This document shows, piece after piece, positions 1-12,200 of a DNA stretch of 64,000 nucleotides. Source of the stretch: Amoebophrya sp. A120 (Eukaryota; Protista; Dinoflagellata). Location: the NCBI GenBank assembly GCA_905178155.1, contig CAJINV010000008.1:2418001-2482000 (forward strand), written 5' to 3'. A program made the translations under genes and the position numbers. Position 1 is the first letter of the stretch; each line of letters opens with the position of its first letter. The notes beneath the pieces were generated by a model. That model saw nothing but the letters and a program-made list of their open reading frames with translations, made no database searches and was not told where the DNA came from.

Positions 1-654
1 TCCTTTAGGGATTGCAAAGGCGAAGCATGTCGCGGTTACAATCAATCGAGAATCTTTCAACAATTTTTTCTTGCAATTAGATGGCGCCACATTGTCTTTG
101 ATTTTGTTCCGCATCCAGCCTTGCCACATGAGATGAAGGTGATGATCGATGAATTGAGAACAACAACAAACCTCTTCTAACAGACGCCCGGGAACATCGG
201 GAATCTGACCGATGAATTTAGCGCAATGCACTGGGCCAACACGAATCAGAACGAGTTCGATGACATCACGTTCCCCTCGTATCCGTGCGAAATCTTCAGC
301 AGCAACTTGCAGCACAGCTCAGTCAATCGCACTCGATTATTTATTGCATGTACTTACCGTCTGACTTTTCTGTCTCATCACGACCATGATCAGATGAGGC
401 CAGCGCCAACACGTCTAAGTGTAAGCCCAAGTAATCCGACGTGAATGAAAATAGCCCAAGTTGTTGAAGGACTGGCACTAGGACTAGCACAACAAGCATT
501 GCTTGTCAAGCAGCGCAACAAAATGCACAGCCCAGGACTGACAGTTGATGTGACTACAACATAAAAAAAAAGTCCATTCCTTTTTATCATTCCTGCGTGG
601 CAAGGCGAACTGCGCGCTGCACTACCATTAAATACAACTTGATGGTAATATGCA

Positions 655-1856
655 GCAGCGTTTGTTCGCAGCATCAATCTGTATCTGCGTAGACGTAGAC
701 TGCTCAAGATTTTGTGTGGATAATGAGATTATCGATCGGTTGAAGATTGTGATGGAGCCACCACCGAACAGACCCAAGGAAGCGGTGCTCGTATCCTGTG
801 CAAAAGTATCTGATACTCGTATTGCAATCATGCATTACAAATTTTTTTCTCAAGGTAAATCCGCATTACAAATTTTATTTCTCATGCTGCAGGAATTTGT
901 ATATGCATTTATACGAGTACGATACTTTTGCACTGCATAGCTCGAGGTGCTTGACAACGAGAAAACACAAGAACAAATCAAAACAGTCTTCAGGAGCTTT
1001 TTTCCCGAGGATGAGCTCACCGGCAAAGCCGCTGTGGTACTAATGCTACACATCTTACATATCGCTTCTGTACTAGTTCTAGTGCTTGGAAACAGTTCGT
1101 TATGAGTAAACAAGTATCTTCAACCTGACTCGAATACAAACATAAAGATGCTCATTGTATCTTCCATCTCGAGCTCGCAGAAACAATTCATTATCATTAG
1201 GGAGACTCCCGTGAGAAAAATTAAGAACGACGGTCAGGTCGTGCTTGTGACTAGCTGCCTATACTCACCTAAAAAATCAAACAGTTGACCTCCACCACTG
1301 CCCCGCCAACTGCGACGACGAGTGCGACGCTTATGAGATTGCACCACAACAACTCCTCCTCGTCCATCTCATTTGCAATTGCTATGTATAAAAATTGCAG
1401 GGCAACAACATGATGACCAGAAATAGAGGCAAGAAGAACTGCAGGACTCAGTTTAGGTTTTTGCATGACATAGACCACACCTGAACTACACGGAAAGTTG
1501 TCCTCAACCTTGCACCGAAATTTGTTACGCAAGCAGTACCGGCAAGGGAAACTGCAACATCATGTGGCGGGCCGTGTAGAAGACACCTAGAATAATATTT
1601 TGCATGGCAAGAAACTGCAAGAGGAGAGACGCAGTAGAGCAGTGAAAATGGTGCGCTCTCATAACGCCATTTGTGCCAGATGGTATGGCGAATTACGAAG
1701 ACGCAACCAACGAGGCGAGGAAGGTCGACGGGGCTGGTGGTCAAGCGGAACAGGCCGCTTTGGAGGCAGAAACCAATGCCGCAGAAAAAGCCGCTGCGAA
1801 AGGGAAAGCTGCGGCGTCTTCGAGTGCATGATAATAAAATATTTCTAGAAAGCTAA
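655..1856 (+). CDS. Multi-exon hypothetical protein gene (partial; boundaries approximate)
   Basis: ORF 650-940 (...MEPPPNRPKEAVL) joins across a GT-AG intron at 791-940 to an open exon LEVLDNEKTQEQIKTVFRSFFPEDELTGKAAV. Further short GT-AG-bounded + strand exons follow to ~1856. No domain recognised. Confidence 0.45.
792..939 (+). mobile_element. Introner-like MITE, copy 1 (148 bp, TAT...ATA termini, 5-bp TSD GCTCG)
   Basis: TIRs TATCCTGTGCAAAAGTATC / GATACTTTTGCACTGCATA. Direct repeats GCTCG at 787-791 and 940-944. Colinear homolog at 39727-39876. Confidence 0.9.
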
Positions 1857-3330
1857 GCCTAAGTATTCAAGAGCACAGCCAGGGGATGTCGAGGGGTGCG
1901 ACGAGAATGACAAAGTAGTCACGCTGCTCTCTTGGAGCTGGTGCCAACCTAGCGCTAGCTTGTCGCGCGTCAAAAAAACATATTCAATTGATAAGAAGAT
2001 TCAAAATCATAATGATACGTGATGACAAATTAAAGGGCGGTTATATGCAGTAGCACAACGCCGAAGCTCGATCCTAAGAATGAACAACTCAAACGCAAAC
2101 GACAGCTCGAACTATATTATACCGACTTCACTTTTCGAACGTTAACATCATGTAGAATAGCAATAGAGATAGACCGACCGACCGTCGACAAACTGCGGAG
2201 CACAATTAATGAATCCAAATAGTCAATGTCAAAGGAACACTTTTATAGTTCCGCTCAGATTTCGGAGAAAAGAAATGAACGCTGCAAATGAATCAATATG
2301 CTAAATTTTTTTGAGAGTTTCTGGTCCTTCCTGCGCGTCGATGTCTGATCTCGGAAAAACTTTGGGTAGTATCCCCATCTTGGGAACGGTAAGTACTATG
2401 CGCCGGGCTTTGGCTGCCCTGTGGCCGTGCTGTCCAACGTGTCCACCCCCTGCAAGAGAAGAAGCGTGACTGTTTTCTTGCTACTGTTTTCTTCATTTCC
2501 TCCAACGTTGCAGTATGGCACTCGGTAGTTTTGGTTCGTCTTGCTCGTCCTCTGAGCTATGAATTTGCAAAACGTGACGGGGGAGAGAATGCTGAATGAA
2601 AACTGATTCCTTCATCTTGGTACTCGTACGAAGAGCAGATACCTTTCTGCTGTCGTATGTCCAGGGCGCTTCAAACGCGTCGTGGGAGTGGTCCATCGCG
2701 GCAATTCTCTGATAGACTTCGTCGCATCTTTCGCTTCTATCGCTTGCATCGGTTGTACACCGCTGCACAGAGCATATTAGAGGATTATCGATTACCTTCT
2801 TGTTTCCTTGCTCGTCCTTGTTGGTTTCTTGTCACTGACAGTGAGCAGGACACACAGCCACTGACCTGTTACCATGTTTCCCTGCGTTGACTCGAAATCG
2901 AAAATCAGGAATTACGCAAATTAATTGTGCTCCGCCTAGAAGATGAAGTACTAAAATAAAAGACTAGGCACAGCACTTTATGCAAAGCGCCGAGGACTTC
3001 TAGTAGAGGCAGGAGGCCGCGATTGCGGCCCGGACTTTCGGGCGCAGAAATCGGCCTGCAGTGTGCGGCTCGCTTCGACCAAGTCACTGCAACCAAGGCA
3101 TCCTAGATCGAAACAGCCGCCCGCCGCAGCACGAGTTGTAGAAGAACCGGATTCGTTTCTATTCCTATGGCCTCCTGCACCTGCTTACCCTCTGGCGCGA
3201 CAATGGTGTGGTTTCTCCTTCTGGCCTTTCAGTTTCTGGATTCCGGGTTGCACGGCGTTTCCCTCTTCGTGAGTGCTCTTCAGGAAAAGCGGCAGAAGTA
3301 CTTTTTTGATATATTGATTTCGTTTTCGTA

Positions 3331-4800
3331 GTGCTTCACAGTGGAGACACGACGTCGTTCTCATTGCGACGAGGACACATAAAAATGATTTTGTCTACCT
3401 CTTCGCTCGTGCAAAACAGGAGGACCAAACACGGCAACTTGCGTGGCTCGGGCTCGAAGGTAACCGAGAACGTGCAGACAAAAAACGGCTTGCTGCAACT
3501 GCAAACGGACGGGGAAAGTGACACCGTGGAAAACGAAGACGATGCTGCTGGCGGAGATGAAGTGACGGAAAAGTTAGCGTCAGCGTTGGGAGGATCGGGG
3601 AGTTTACCGGATGAGGAAGCGGTATTTGAACTTCTGGAAAGATGCTGATGAAGAGTGTATGTCCTAGTGTAACTCGCACGCGACTTCGGAGGCACTAATC
3701 CTAATGCTTGATGAGGCTCCACTACAACTTGACTCTGACAAATTGAAATTAGCGTGGTCGCGGAAAAGCGTTCACTGTTGCCAAATCCACAACACAGGCT
3801 GACGCAGATGCAGATATAATGCCGGTCGCGGATGTGGACGACGCTGCCATGCCCGTGTCCATGGTGGAGGTGGGGAAGGTGAAGGCCGCGCCGGAGGCGA
3901 TTGACTCAAGCGAAGAACCACCAGTCGACGCGCAAGAAGGACGTGTGGCTGCCGTGCAGGAACCAGCACCAGGGGAGAGGATGGCAGACGAGCCAGAAAC
4001 GGCAGCAACTGGTGCCGACACGAACACGGCAGCAACGGGGTCGGATGGTGGTGGTGGTGGTGCTACAGAAGCTACTGTCGATGGCGTTGCGGCAGGGGCA
4101 GGCGAAAAGTCACAGGCTGCACCTCCAGCACCAGCCGAGAAAGAAAAACCCCCGGCCGAGATACAAACGCAAACCACAGCTGATGACACACATGAAGATG
4201 GCGAAGATCATGATGACCATGACGTCGACGCTGCCGCTGGCAAGGCCATCGCCACGAGCACGACAGAGACGAACAAAGGCAAAGAGGGTTAGTATAGCCA
4301 ATAGCATTGCTATCCGAAGAACGAGAATGAAAGCGGAGCCTCGGGGGAGGGATCGGCATCAAAATTTCTCTCTGATTCGCGTGAGAGTATGAATAAAACC
4401 TAACTACAAGTGGTGCGCTGTTATGAATTTCAAACGACCCTCCTATGTATGCCTATGTGAAAAAAGCGCTCGGCTCCCTCATGTTGCGATGTTGATGATA
4501 TACCCCCGAAAACTATCCGTCTGTAAACTGTATTGAAGGAGAACTGTGCCAGGTACTTACCAATTTTACTTGAGAATGACAGTCGTGTGGTCGCCGTATG
4601 TGCGCGCTCACGACCAGCGCTCGCGCGACGCGCAATCTTTGGGACGTCGTCGCACGTCTGCTTCTCGATGGATGATCTACACAGACATTAGTTTTCACGA
4701 TGCGACTCAGCAATCCCAATGGTCAATTGATCAAGTTCTGGAGACTATGACTAAGACTGACCAGTGTTTTGTAGAACTCAGCTCGCCGGACCCGGAGTAA
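3331..4800 (+). CDS. Hypothetical acidic/disordered protein, probably multi-exon (boundaries approximate)
   Basis: ORFs 3331-3648, 3819-4292 (A/E/D/T-rich) and 4546-4800 on the + strand, separated by GT...AG-bounded segments. Confidence 0.4.
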
Positions 4801-5185
4801 TTGACGAAAACAAAAAAAGATCATGGCTTTTACGCCGCAAGCACCACTCTTGGCAAAGACAAAAAATAGATACAGGAAAACCATTGATTTGATGTACGAA
4901 AATGATCGGACGTCAACATCATCGTTTGTGATTGATGTACAAATTGCGACGGTTTCGCGTTTCCGATGTGAAAGCAGATGACTTTGTCTCTATTTTTACA
5001 TTTACCTTCGAAATACTTCAGCGACAAAAGAAGTGACGTAGCTCTTGATCGCGTTTGTGATTTTACTTTCTTTGATCGTGTGGCTCCAGACTCAAAGTCT
5101 AAACTGACTCGTCAACCGCATTGAAAAAAGCTGGACGGAAACCTCCAGCAAACTCACTTCACCTCTGATTTTCAACTTCATCAAG

Positions 5186-6589
5186 ATGACCGAAGGTTCC
5201 ATTTCGACATTCACAGCTGACCACTCCGCTCTGCCCGACCCCGCTCAACCCCAGCCAACCACTTCCACCCTTTCCAAAACCGAGGCCACCCACTACGACC
5301 GGCAGCTCCGCGTTTGGGGCCTAGCCGCACAACAGAAGCTTTCCCAGTCCTGTCTGCTGTTTCTCGAAGTCGATGGAATCTTGTCGGAGTTGTTGAAGAA
5401 TCTGGTGCTGTCTGGTGTCGGGAAGATCTACATTCACCACAAAACTATCGCAAGAGCAGGTGCCACTGCCGAAGCAAATGGAACTGCGAATGGCGCCGTC
5501 GCGCCAGGCCCAAGCCCCCTCGTCACCCCAGAGGACATCGAGACGAACTTTCTCCTGACGCCCGACGACCTCGGGAAGAACAAGGTCGACTGCGTCGTGA
5601 AAGCGGTGCAGGAGTTGAACCCGCTGGTGAAGGTGGAAGCGGTAGGAGTAGGTGGACATGGTGGAAAACCCAGATCAGGATCTGTGTCCTCTCCGTCATC
5701 TTCGCTTGCGACAACACTCGCGGACCCGGCTAGTCCCAGCGGGAAGATTTTTCAAGAAGCCACGATCGTATTTGACACAGCCTGTGTGTCAGTGTCTTCA
5801 ACGACTGCAAGTTCAGCATCGACAACAAGCGCACCTTCACTAGTATCTTCATCAAGTGCAAGTAAGCGAAAACTGCAAGAAGCCACTGAGATTTCTGATT
5901 TGTGTCGCAAGCATGGAAAAACCCACTTTCTGTTAGCGCACAGCGGAATTTATGGGTTTTGTTTCTACCGGTGTTGCGAGACGACGGCTGGCGACCACGC
6001 GAGTGCTCCTGATGGGCAGTCGCGGACGAATCATGGCGATGCAACTTTCAACGACATCCTGACGAAGTACGCACAGGGTGCGAAGGACATAAAAATCACG
6101 AACCCAGTGGTGCAAAGGTTTTTCCAAGAATTCAAAAGCGTTAAGAACCTGCACCGTGCCGGGCCAGAAGGGAACGCGCAGACGAATGGCAAGATAGAGT
6201 CAGACCACGACGGCGAAAACCATTTCAGTCGATGTTTCCAGCTCCCCGCCCCGCTGGTCACGGTCAGCGCAATCCTTGGCGGTGTCGTTGCACAGGAAGC
6301 AATCAAAGTAATGACGGGAAAGGATAAGCCGTTGAAAAATTGCATTTTGATGGACTTATCCATCATGCAATGCGTCATCGAGGAACTGCAGATCCCCAAG
6401 ACACAAGAACGCTTGCCGAACGGGAATGAAATGAGAAACGGAACAACCGCGAAGCGAACGGCGGAGCAGCGAGATCCAACTTCTTCAGAAAGAAGAAAGG
6501 ATGCAACAAGTAATGGCAGCGGAATTGCTGTTGCGAAAAAAGCAAAAACGGACGCTGTCGCCATTGACTTACTCTCGGATTCAGATTGA
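5186..6589 (+). CDS. SAE1: SUMO-activating enzyme subunit 1 (Aos1/SAE1; ThiF/E1 family)
   Basis: YDRQLRVWG-AAQQKL, ELLKNLVLSGVG, NFLL..DLGKNK, QELNPLVKV and C-terminal ILGGVVAQEAIK..TGKDKPLKN motifs. Intronless, with Ser/Ala-rich insertions. Confidence 0.88.
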   Translation: MTEGSISTFTADHSALPDPAQPQPTTSTLSKTEATHYDRQLRVWGLAAQQKLSQSCLLFLEVDGILSELLKNLVLSGVGKIYIHHKTIARAGATAEANGTANGAVAPGPSPLVTPEDIETNFLLTPDDLGKNKVDCVVKAVQELNPLVKVEAVGVGGHGGKPRSGSVSSPSSSLATTLADPASPSGKIFQEATIVFDTACVSVSSTTASSASTTSAPSLVSSSSASKRKLQEATEISDLCRKHGKTHFLLAHSGIYGFCFYRCCETTAGDHASAPDGQSRTNHGDATFNDILTKYAQGAKDIKITNPVVQRFFQEFKSVKNLHRAGPEGNAQTNGKIESDHDGENHFSRCFQLPAPLVTVSAILGGVVAQEAIKVMTGKDKPLKNCILMDLSIMQCVIEELQIPKTQERLPNGNEMRNGTTAKRTAEQRDPTSSERRKDATSNGSGIAVAKKAKTDAVAIDLLSDSD

Positions 6590-6729
6590 TCTCTTCAACT
6601 TAATCGATGAACACACACCAATGGAAAATGCTGCTCCGCATGCGCAACACTTGCTACAAAAAAGCAATCGACTGAAAAATGAGACCGATGACATCGACAC
6701 CTTCCCTCTTTCAGGAGGATTACGTTCAT

Positions 6730-7449
6730 CGAAACTCGAAATCTATCATCCAAAATTCATCTCGGTATCTAAATCATGTGTGATGTCAACATGATCATGG
6801 AATTGTGGATTAAGATATGAAATAGAAATATGGAAATATATGATATCATTTTCATCATCAATTTTGAAGTTTTTTTTTCCAATTAGAAATTGAATGAGAA
6901 GAATCAGACGCAGAGGGATGATTATTATCTCGTTTCTTTCTCGATTGAGTTTGTTTGTGGATGTGGATGGGTACATGGAATCGTTTGAAAGTTGTATTTT
7001 CATATTTGCATATGAATTTCATCGATTCCATTAAAAAGATTTTCTCCAACCATATGTCAATGAACAAGAAATTTTTTTTTTTTTTATGGGAATTAGGTAA
7101 AATTATTGTTCGATGTAATTGTAATTGATAAATTTCGGAAATTTTTAGAAAATTTCGCAAGAAATTATTTATGATCTCATTTTTTTCATAGATATCTATG
7201 CAGAAGTGTTGAAGTGTGTGTATGTTTGGTCTTCTCTGAATGATGTGTATGTGTGTGTGATCCACACAATAATCCATTAAAGGACACATTGCCAATGTCA
7301 TCATTTCATAGATATCTATGATTTTCATTTTCAAACAATCTGGATGAATCGAGATAAATCTTATTTCTCATAATTCATGGTCATCGAAATTCATCATAGA
7401 AAAATCTGTGAGGATAAATCATCCATAAATTTTCTTTGAATTCGTTTTC
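6730..7449. other. AT-rich convergent strand-switch region, left part
   Basis: Abrupt drop in GC with GAT/ATC/TCA/TGA-rich composition just downstream of the last + strand gene; continues at 24016-24480. Confidence 0.6.
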
Positions 7450-7975
7450 TGTTGGTCATGTGATCTAAACCCTACCTCCACGCAAGACTGAAGCTTCTAT
7501 GAGATCCCGAAATGCCTGCTCTCCAAATGCAAACGATGAAGAAAATGGAGTAGATCAGGCTCTCTTGGTTCGGATTTTACTTAGACCCGGCGACCCTGGT
7601 AAAATCTTTACCAGGGACCCCCGATCCTGATAAAATCCCTACGCCAGGCTCCTATGGTGCCGATTTGGCCGATCTCAGAATGGTCCAGATCCTAGCCAAA
7701 TCCTAGATGATGACTTTATCGAGGACCTTCGTCCTAGATCAAAACTCTACCAAGGACCGCCGACCTTGATAAAAACTTTACCAGGGACCTCCGGTCCTGG
7801 TAAAATCGTACGCATACAGAGGGGAAAGTAGGTCCCAGAATGACTAGAGATCTGGAGCGCAGCCAGAGGCTTTCGCCCTGTCTGCTGAGAGATTGAAGTG
7901 TTTGTGGTGATTGAAGGACCTTTTCAGGTAGAAGCTTTGGCCATTCAGTGTGGCAGGTGTGCTCAAAGTCCAACA
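7450..7975 (+). repeat. 5' LTR of copia element (526 bp)
   Basis: Starts TGTTGG and ends CCAACA; matches 13085-13294 plus 23627-24015. Contains internal hairpin CCCTGGTAAA-ATC-TTTACCAGGG. Confidence 0.95.
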
Positions 7976-8045
7976 CTGCGCTGCGACTTAGACGCCAATC
8001 TGTGCTACTTTACACTAGTGACAGCAGATTCATTAAGGAAACAAG

Positions 8046-9213
8046 ATGACTGTGGTATCCGCAGAGATCGCTGCGAAGTTGCCGGATGTGACTGGTTGGA
8101 TCGAATGGGATCGCTCTGTCCGTGAGGAGGTCGAGCGCCTCGGACTTAGCGTCTACATATTTCGACAACGTCGTCGTCAATCTCGGTCAGCCCGGTCTCC
8201 CCGGAGGAGCCGGCCAGCAGGTTGAGACGGTTGCTCAGAAATGGCGCAACCTGAAAGCCGCGATGCTGCAGCCCTTCCTTGACTGGTTCTTGTAAGACCT
8301 GGCTGCACGCTCGCCCGAATTACCACGCTCTGAATGCCGGAGAGTTGTATTTGGAGCTGCGTGACGTTGGTCATTATGACCAGCAGAACAGGACCCAGCG
8401 GAAAATCCGTGTTGCTTGTCTCGAATCGATGGAGTTCGATGACCGCGACCAACCTCAGGACCCGCCTTCCTTTCTCGCCAAGGTCAAGCGCATCATGGAC
8501 CAGTCCCCTGCGGTGTTTCCGCCCGACCAAGCTCGTCCCGCTGAAGATCGTCAGGCCCAGAACGTCTTAGACTACCTGCCCAAGATGTTCTCCAAGGGTT
8601 TCAAGGACACGATCGCGCGCATGGTCGAGGACGATGCCCAGTTGACGACGCAGCAGATGGGTGACAAGTTGGCGACCCGTCTGCAGGCCATGATCAAGGA
8701 CGGCGAGTACAAGGCGGAGACAGAGCTCCAGCTTCGGCAAGGCGTTTCCGACGGTTGACTTCGACCAGGACACGACCGGAGGAGCCGCTTCCAAGAAACG
8801 CCCCCAGGCTAGTGGTAATGATGAGGACGGTAAAGCTTTCATGTCTGCGACTGCCCTCAAGCGGTTCAAGGCTAAACTGAAAAAGAAAGTTACCGCCGAA
8901 GTCCACGCAAGCCAGGGTGGTGATCCTTCTACTCGCAAGAGCCAGAAGGGGAAGGGCAAGAAGGACAAGAAGTTCAAGGATTATTTATAAGAAGAATATC
9001 CAGTGCTACAAGTGTTACGACTGGGGTCACTACGCGTGGGAGTGTCCTACCGCTGCTGTGTCTATGGGTGGGAAACCCAAAGGCAAAGGCAAAGGAAGGG
9101 GCAACGCGTACACCGGTTTCGGTGAACCTACGGTCTACCAGGACTGGGGTGGTGCCTGGGTCTGGCATGATGCTAGCGCTGGATCGGGATCCGGCAAGCC
9201 CGGAACGAGCTGA
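8046..9213 (+). pseudogene. gag: Copia gag, frameshifted
   Basis: ATG at 8046. Readable through about four frame changes (ORF pieces 8279-8758 and 8917-9213). CCHC knuckle CYKCYDWGHYAWEC; ends at TGA 9211-9213. Confidence 0.8.
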
Positions 9214-12200
9214 GACGAGGATCAAGATCCGGAACGGGGAAGATGTTGTTTGAACTTTGAGGAGGATGAAGTGTATTACAAGAGTTTCGTAGATTCGGTT
9301 AACTCTGCTGCTACTATGTTGTCTGTTGTTGATTATTGTGCAGCCAGTTACCTAGGTGCAAAGCAGGCAAACCTAGTTGACAGCTGTGCAAATAGATACT
9401 TATCAAAGCACGCTGATGATTTTAAGAACATCACGGGCCGGCGCTGTGCCATCAACGGAACAGCTGGCGCACGGGATGGATTTATAGGAGAATTGCAACC
9501 CAACCAATTAAACCTGCGACATGGTGTTTATTTCAAAGATCTACCAAAGGATATTGATAGGATTTTGCCTTGGCTCGGTGAAGGTAACATGTCACAAGTA
9601 GGATGGGAGCTTACCTTTCACAGCACCGGCGGAACCATTGCTCACACTGGTACCGGCCGCGTGTTGGGCATAAAGATAAAGAATCATCCCAGAATGTGCC
9701 TTCCCGTCCTTGGTTGCAACTTGTTTGACCTGCAGGAGGCAGATGCTGCGGACGGCTTTGTCTGTATTTCTGTCGCCGAGGTATCTACTAGTAGTTGTTA
9801 CTTGACTAAGCTAGAGCTACACAGACGTCTTGGACATTTCCATGTGGACGGGCTCAACGTCAGTTGTCCCGAATGCGATAGAACTAAAGGCCAGAGGAAT
9901 CCACATGCGAAAGTAAGAAACGTTGAGAATTATAAACCTCAGCCACTAAAACTATTAGCGTTTGACTTCGGTGTCGGTGTGAAGCCCATGTCTATCATGA
10001 AGCACACCTGTGTCCTTGTTGGTATCTGTGACGCCATCAAGAAGCGTTTTGTCAGATCTCTTTTGTACAAGAGCGACTGCGTGGAGGAGTTGGAAGACAT
10101 TATCAAAGGCATTCGCGCAGACTGGTCATTGTCCTTGGATGACAAGGTCGTTTGGTTCCTGAGACGGGACAATGAGCCAGTTCTGGGCAGTGAGCACATG
10201 ACCAAGGTCATGCAATCGCTGCAGATCTGTGACGCTCCAATTGTTCCTCACAATCCAGAGCAAAACGGAACTTGCGAACGGTTTATGCGGACGCTGTTCG
10301 GTTCTTGCCGTACATTGCTAGTCCACGTTGATCGCCGACTGTGGTCCTATGCCATAGTCTACAGTGGTGATTGCTGGGACCGGCTGCCGCACAAATACGC
10401 AAAGATGCCAGAGCATGACGGAGAGTGAAACTCCGATAGAGATCCCTGAGAAGAGGACAGGAAGGAACAGTGCGAAGCAAGGCATTGGCCTGCTCAGGTG
10501 TTTTGGTTGTCTTGTTTACTTTCGTGAACAAATCAAGACGGATAGAGATGGACAAGGAGGTCCCAAGCTCAGTCCGCCCTTTCGTCGAGGTGTGTTTCTC
10601 GGGCTTTGTCCTAAGTCTTCGGGCTGGCTCTTGGGCGCCTTCGTTCAAGACGATCGGACAAGAGACGGACATCGGTGGGCCGAGTATTCTACTCGCGATG
10701 TCAAGTTTCGGGAGGGTATACTCGTCAAGAACATCGACTGGCTCCTAGCTACCCAGTTCGAAGGGAGTCTTCATTCAGATGGACTACCTGGAAGATCTCC
10801 AAAGCGGCGCATCGCAACCGGTTCCACCCGCGCTTGGACGGCTAGACTCGCAATCTAGTTCGGCTCATCGCCTGGAGGTTCATGGGGCGGGGCACGCGGA
10901 GGAATCGACCGCCGGCGTAGAACTTCAAGTGGAGACACTGGACAGAGAGGAAGAAGGTCCAGTAGAGTCCCCGGAAACTCCTATACTGTCGCAAGCTGAG
11001 GAGGGGAACCCCGCAGCGAGCAACAGTGGAGGAGGGGAACAAGCTCGAGAAGCGTCCTCTAGTCCTGTTAGGGTACGTCACGCACCGGCGAGGGTTGTGG
11101 CTGGCAACCGCATCTCCAAGCCGGGCCGCGGACGTCCAAAAGGGGCCAAGGATAAGAAGAAACGCTCTCGGCGCACAAAAGCACAGCTCGAGAAGTTGAA
11201 GAAGAGCGCAGAGGTGTTTGCCGCAGCGAATTGGAACGCTATTGGCATGCTTGACGATGGTGAGGAGATCGTCGAGGCCATAGCGATGTTGACGAATGCT
11301 GACTCCTGGGAAGCTTATCTTTCCGCTGAGAAGGCTGTCAAATTGCCTGACCCTGAGCTTGCAGCTAAGTGGCAGAAGGTAATTGACAAGGAGGAAGCTC
11401 GTCTGCTAGCATATGAGACGCGGAAGCCAGCCTCTGATGAGGAGCTAGCTACCGCGAAGCAAGTGCTTCCAATCGCTATCATGCTGACCGTTAAGCGCGA
11501 CGGGACGCATAAAGCTCGAGCCTGTGTGCTTGGCAATCTTGATCGATCGGGTGACGTTGACACCTTCGCGCCAGTTGTCTCGCATGCAGCTAATCGCTTG
11601 CTACTGGTATCTGCAGCCGCAGATGGTGATCACGTCATCCCGCATGATCTCGATAGCGCGTTCCTTAATGCCTTGTTAGATCGCGACGTCTATTGCCGTT
11701 TGCCACCCATCTGGGCAGCAAAGCACAAGACGGCAGTCGTGAAACTACGCAAAGCGCTTTATGGGCTAAAGGACGCACCGCGAGCCTGGTTCAAGAAGTA
11801 TGAGAGCATCTTGACCGAGTTAGGTTGGGAGCCCTGTCCTTCTGCGCCTGGTTTGTGGAGAAAGGAAGCCAAGTTTATCGCACCCCGGCAGATTTCTCAA
11901 GCTTGCTGTCTATGTCGACGACAACTTGATCGCAGGACCTGATCTTGCTGAACTTCGTGCCGAATTGCAAAAGACTCTGTCGCGCGTCCCCGGGCGTGAG
12001 ATAGCTGTCGAGCTCTTTACCGATTCCGATGGTATCGAGTGGCAAAGGTTCGACTTCCTTGGGGCGATTGTGTACTACTCTAGGGAGCGCAAGTCAGTGC
12101 GTGTGACCATGGAGGAGTATATAGAGAAAATTGCTAAGAAGTTCGCTGTCACGCTTGGCAAGCCGGTACGTTCTCCGAATTTTGACGAGTCAGCTCTGAC

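Noticed and set aside
4-10. TTTAGGG telomeric repeat
   Set aside because: Single copy only
6858-7334. 158-aa I/K/N-rich ORF
   Set aside because: Composition simply mirrors the AT-rich tract; no motif
8053-8066. tRNA-Met PBS (TGGTATC...)
   Set aside because: Lies ~78 bp from the LTR inside the gag start and diverges after 7 nt
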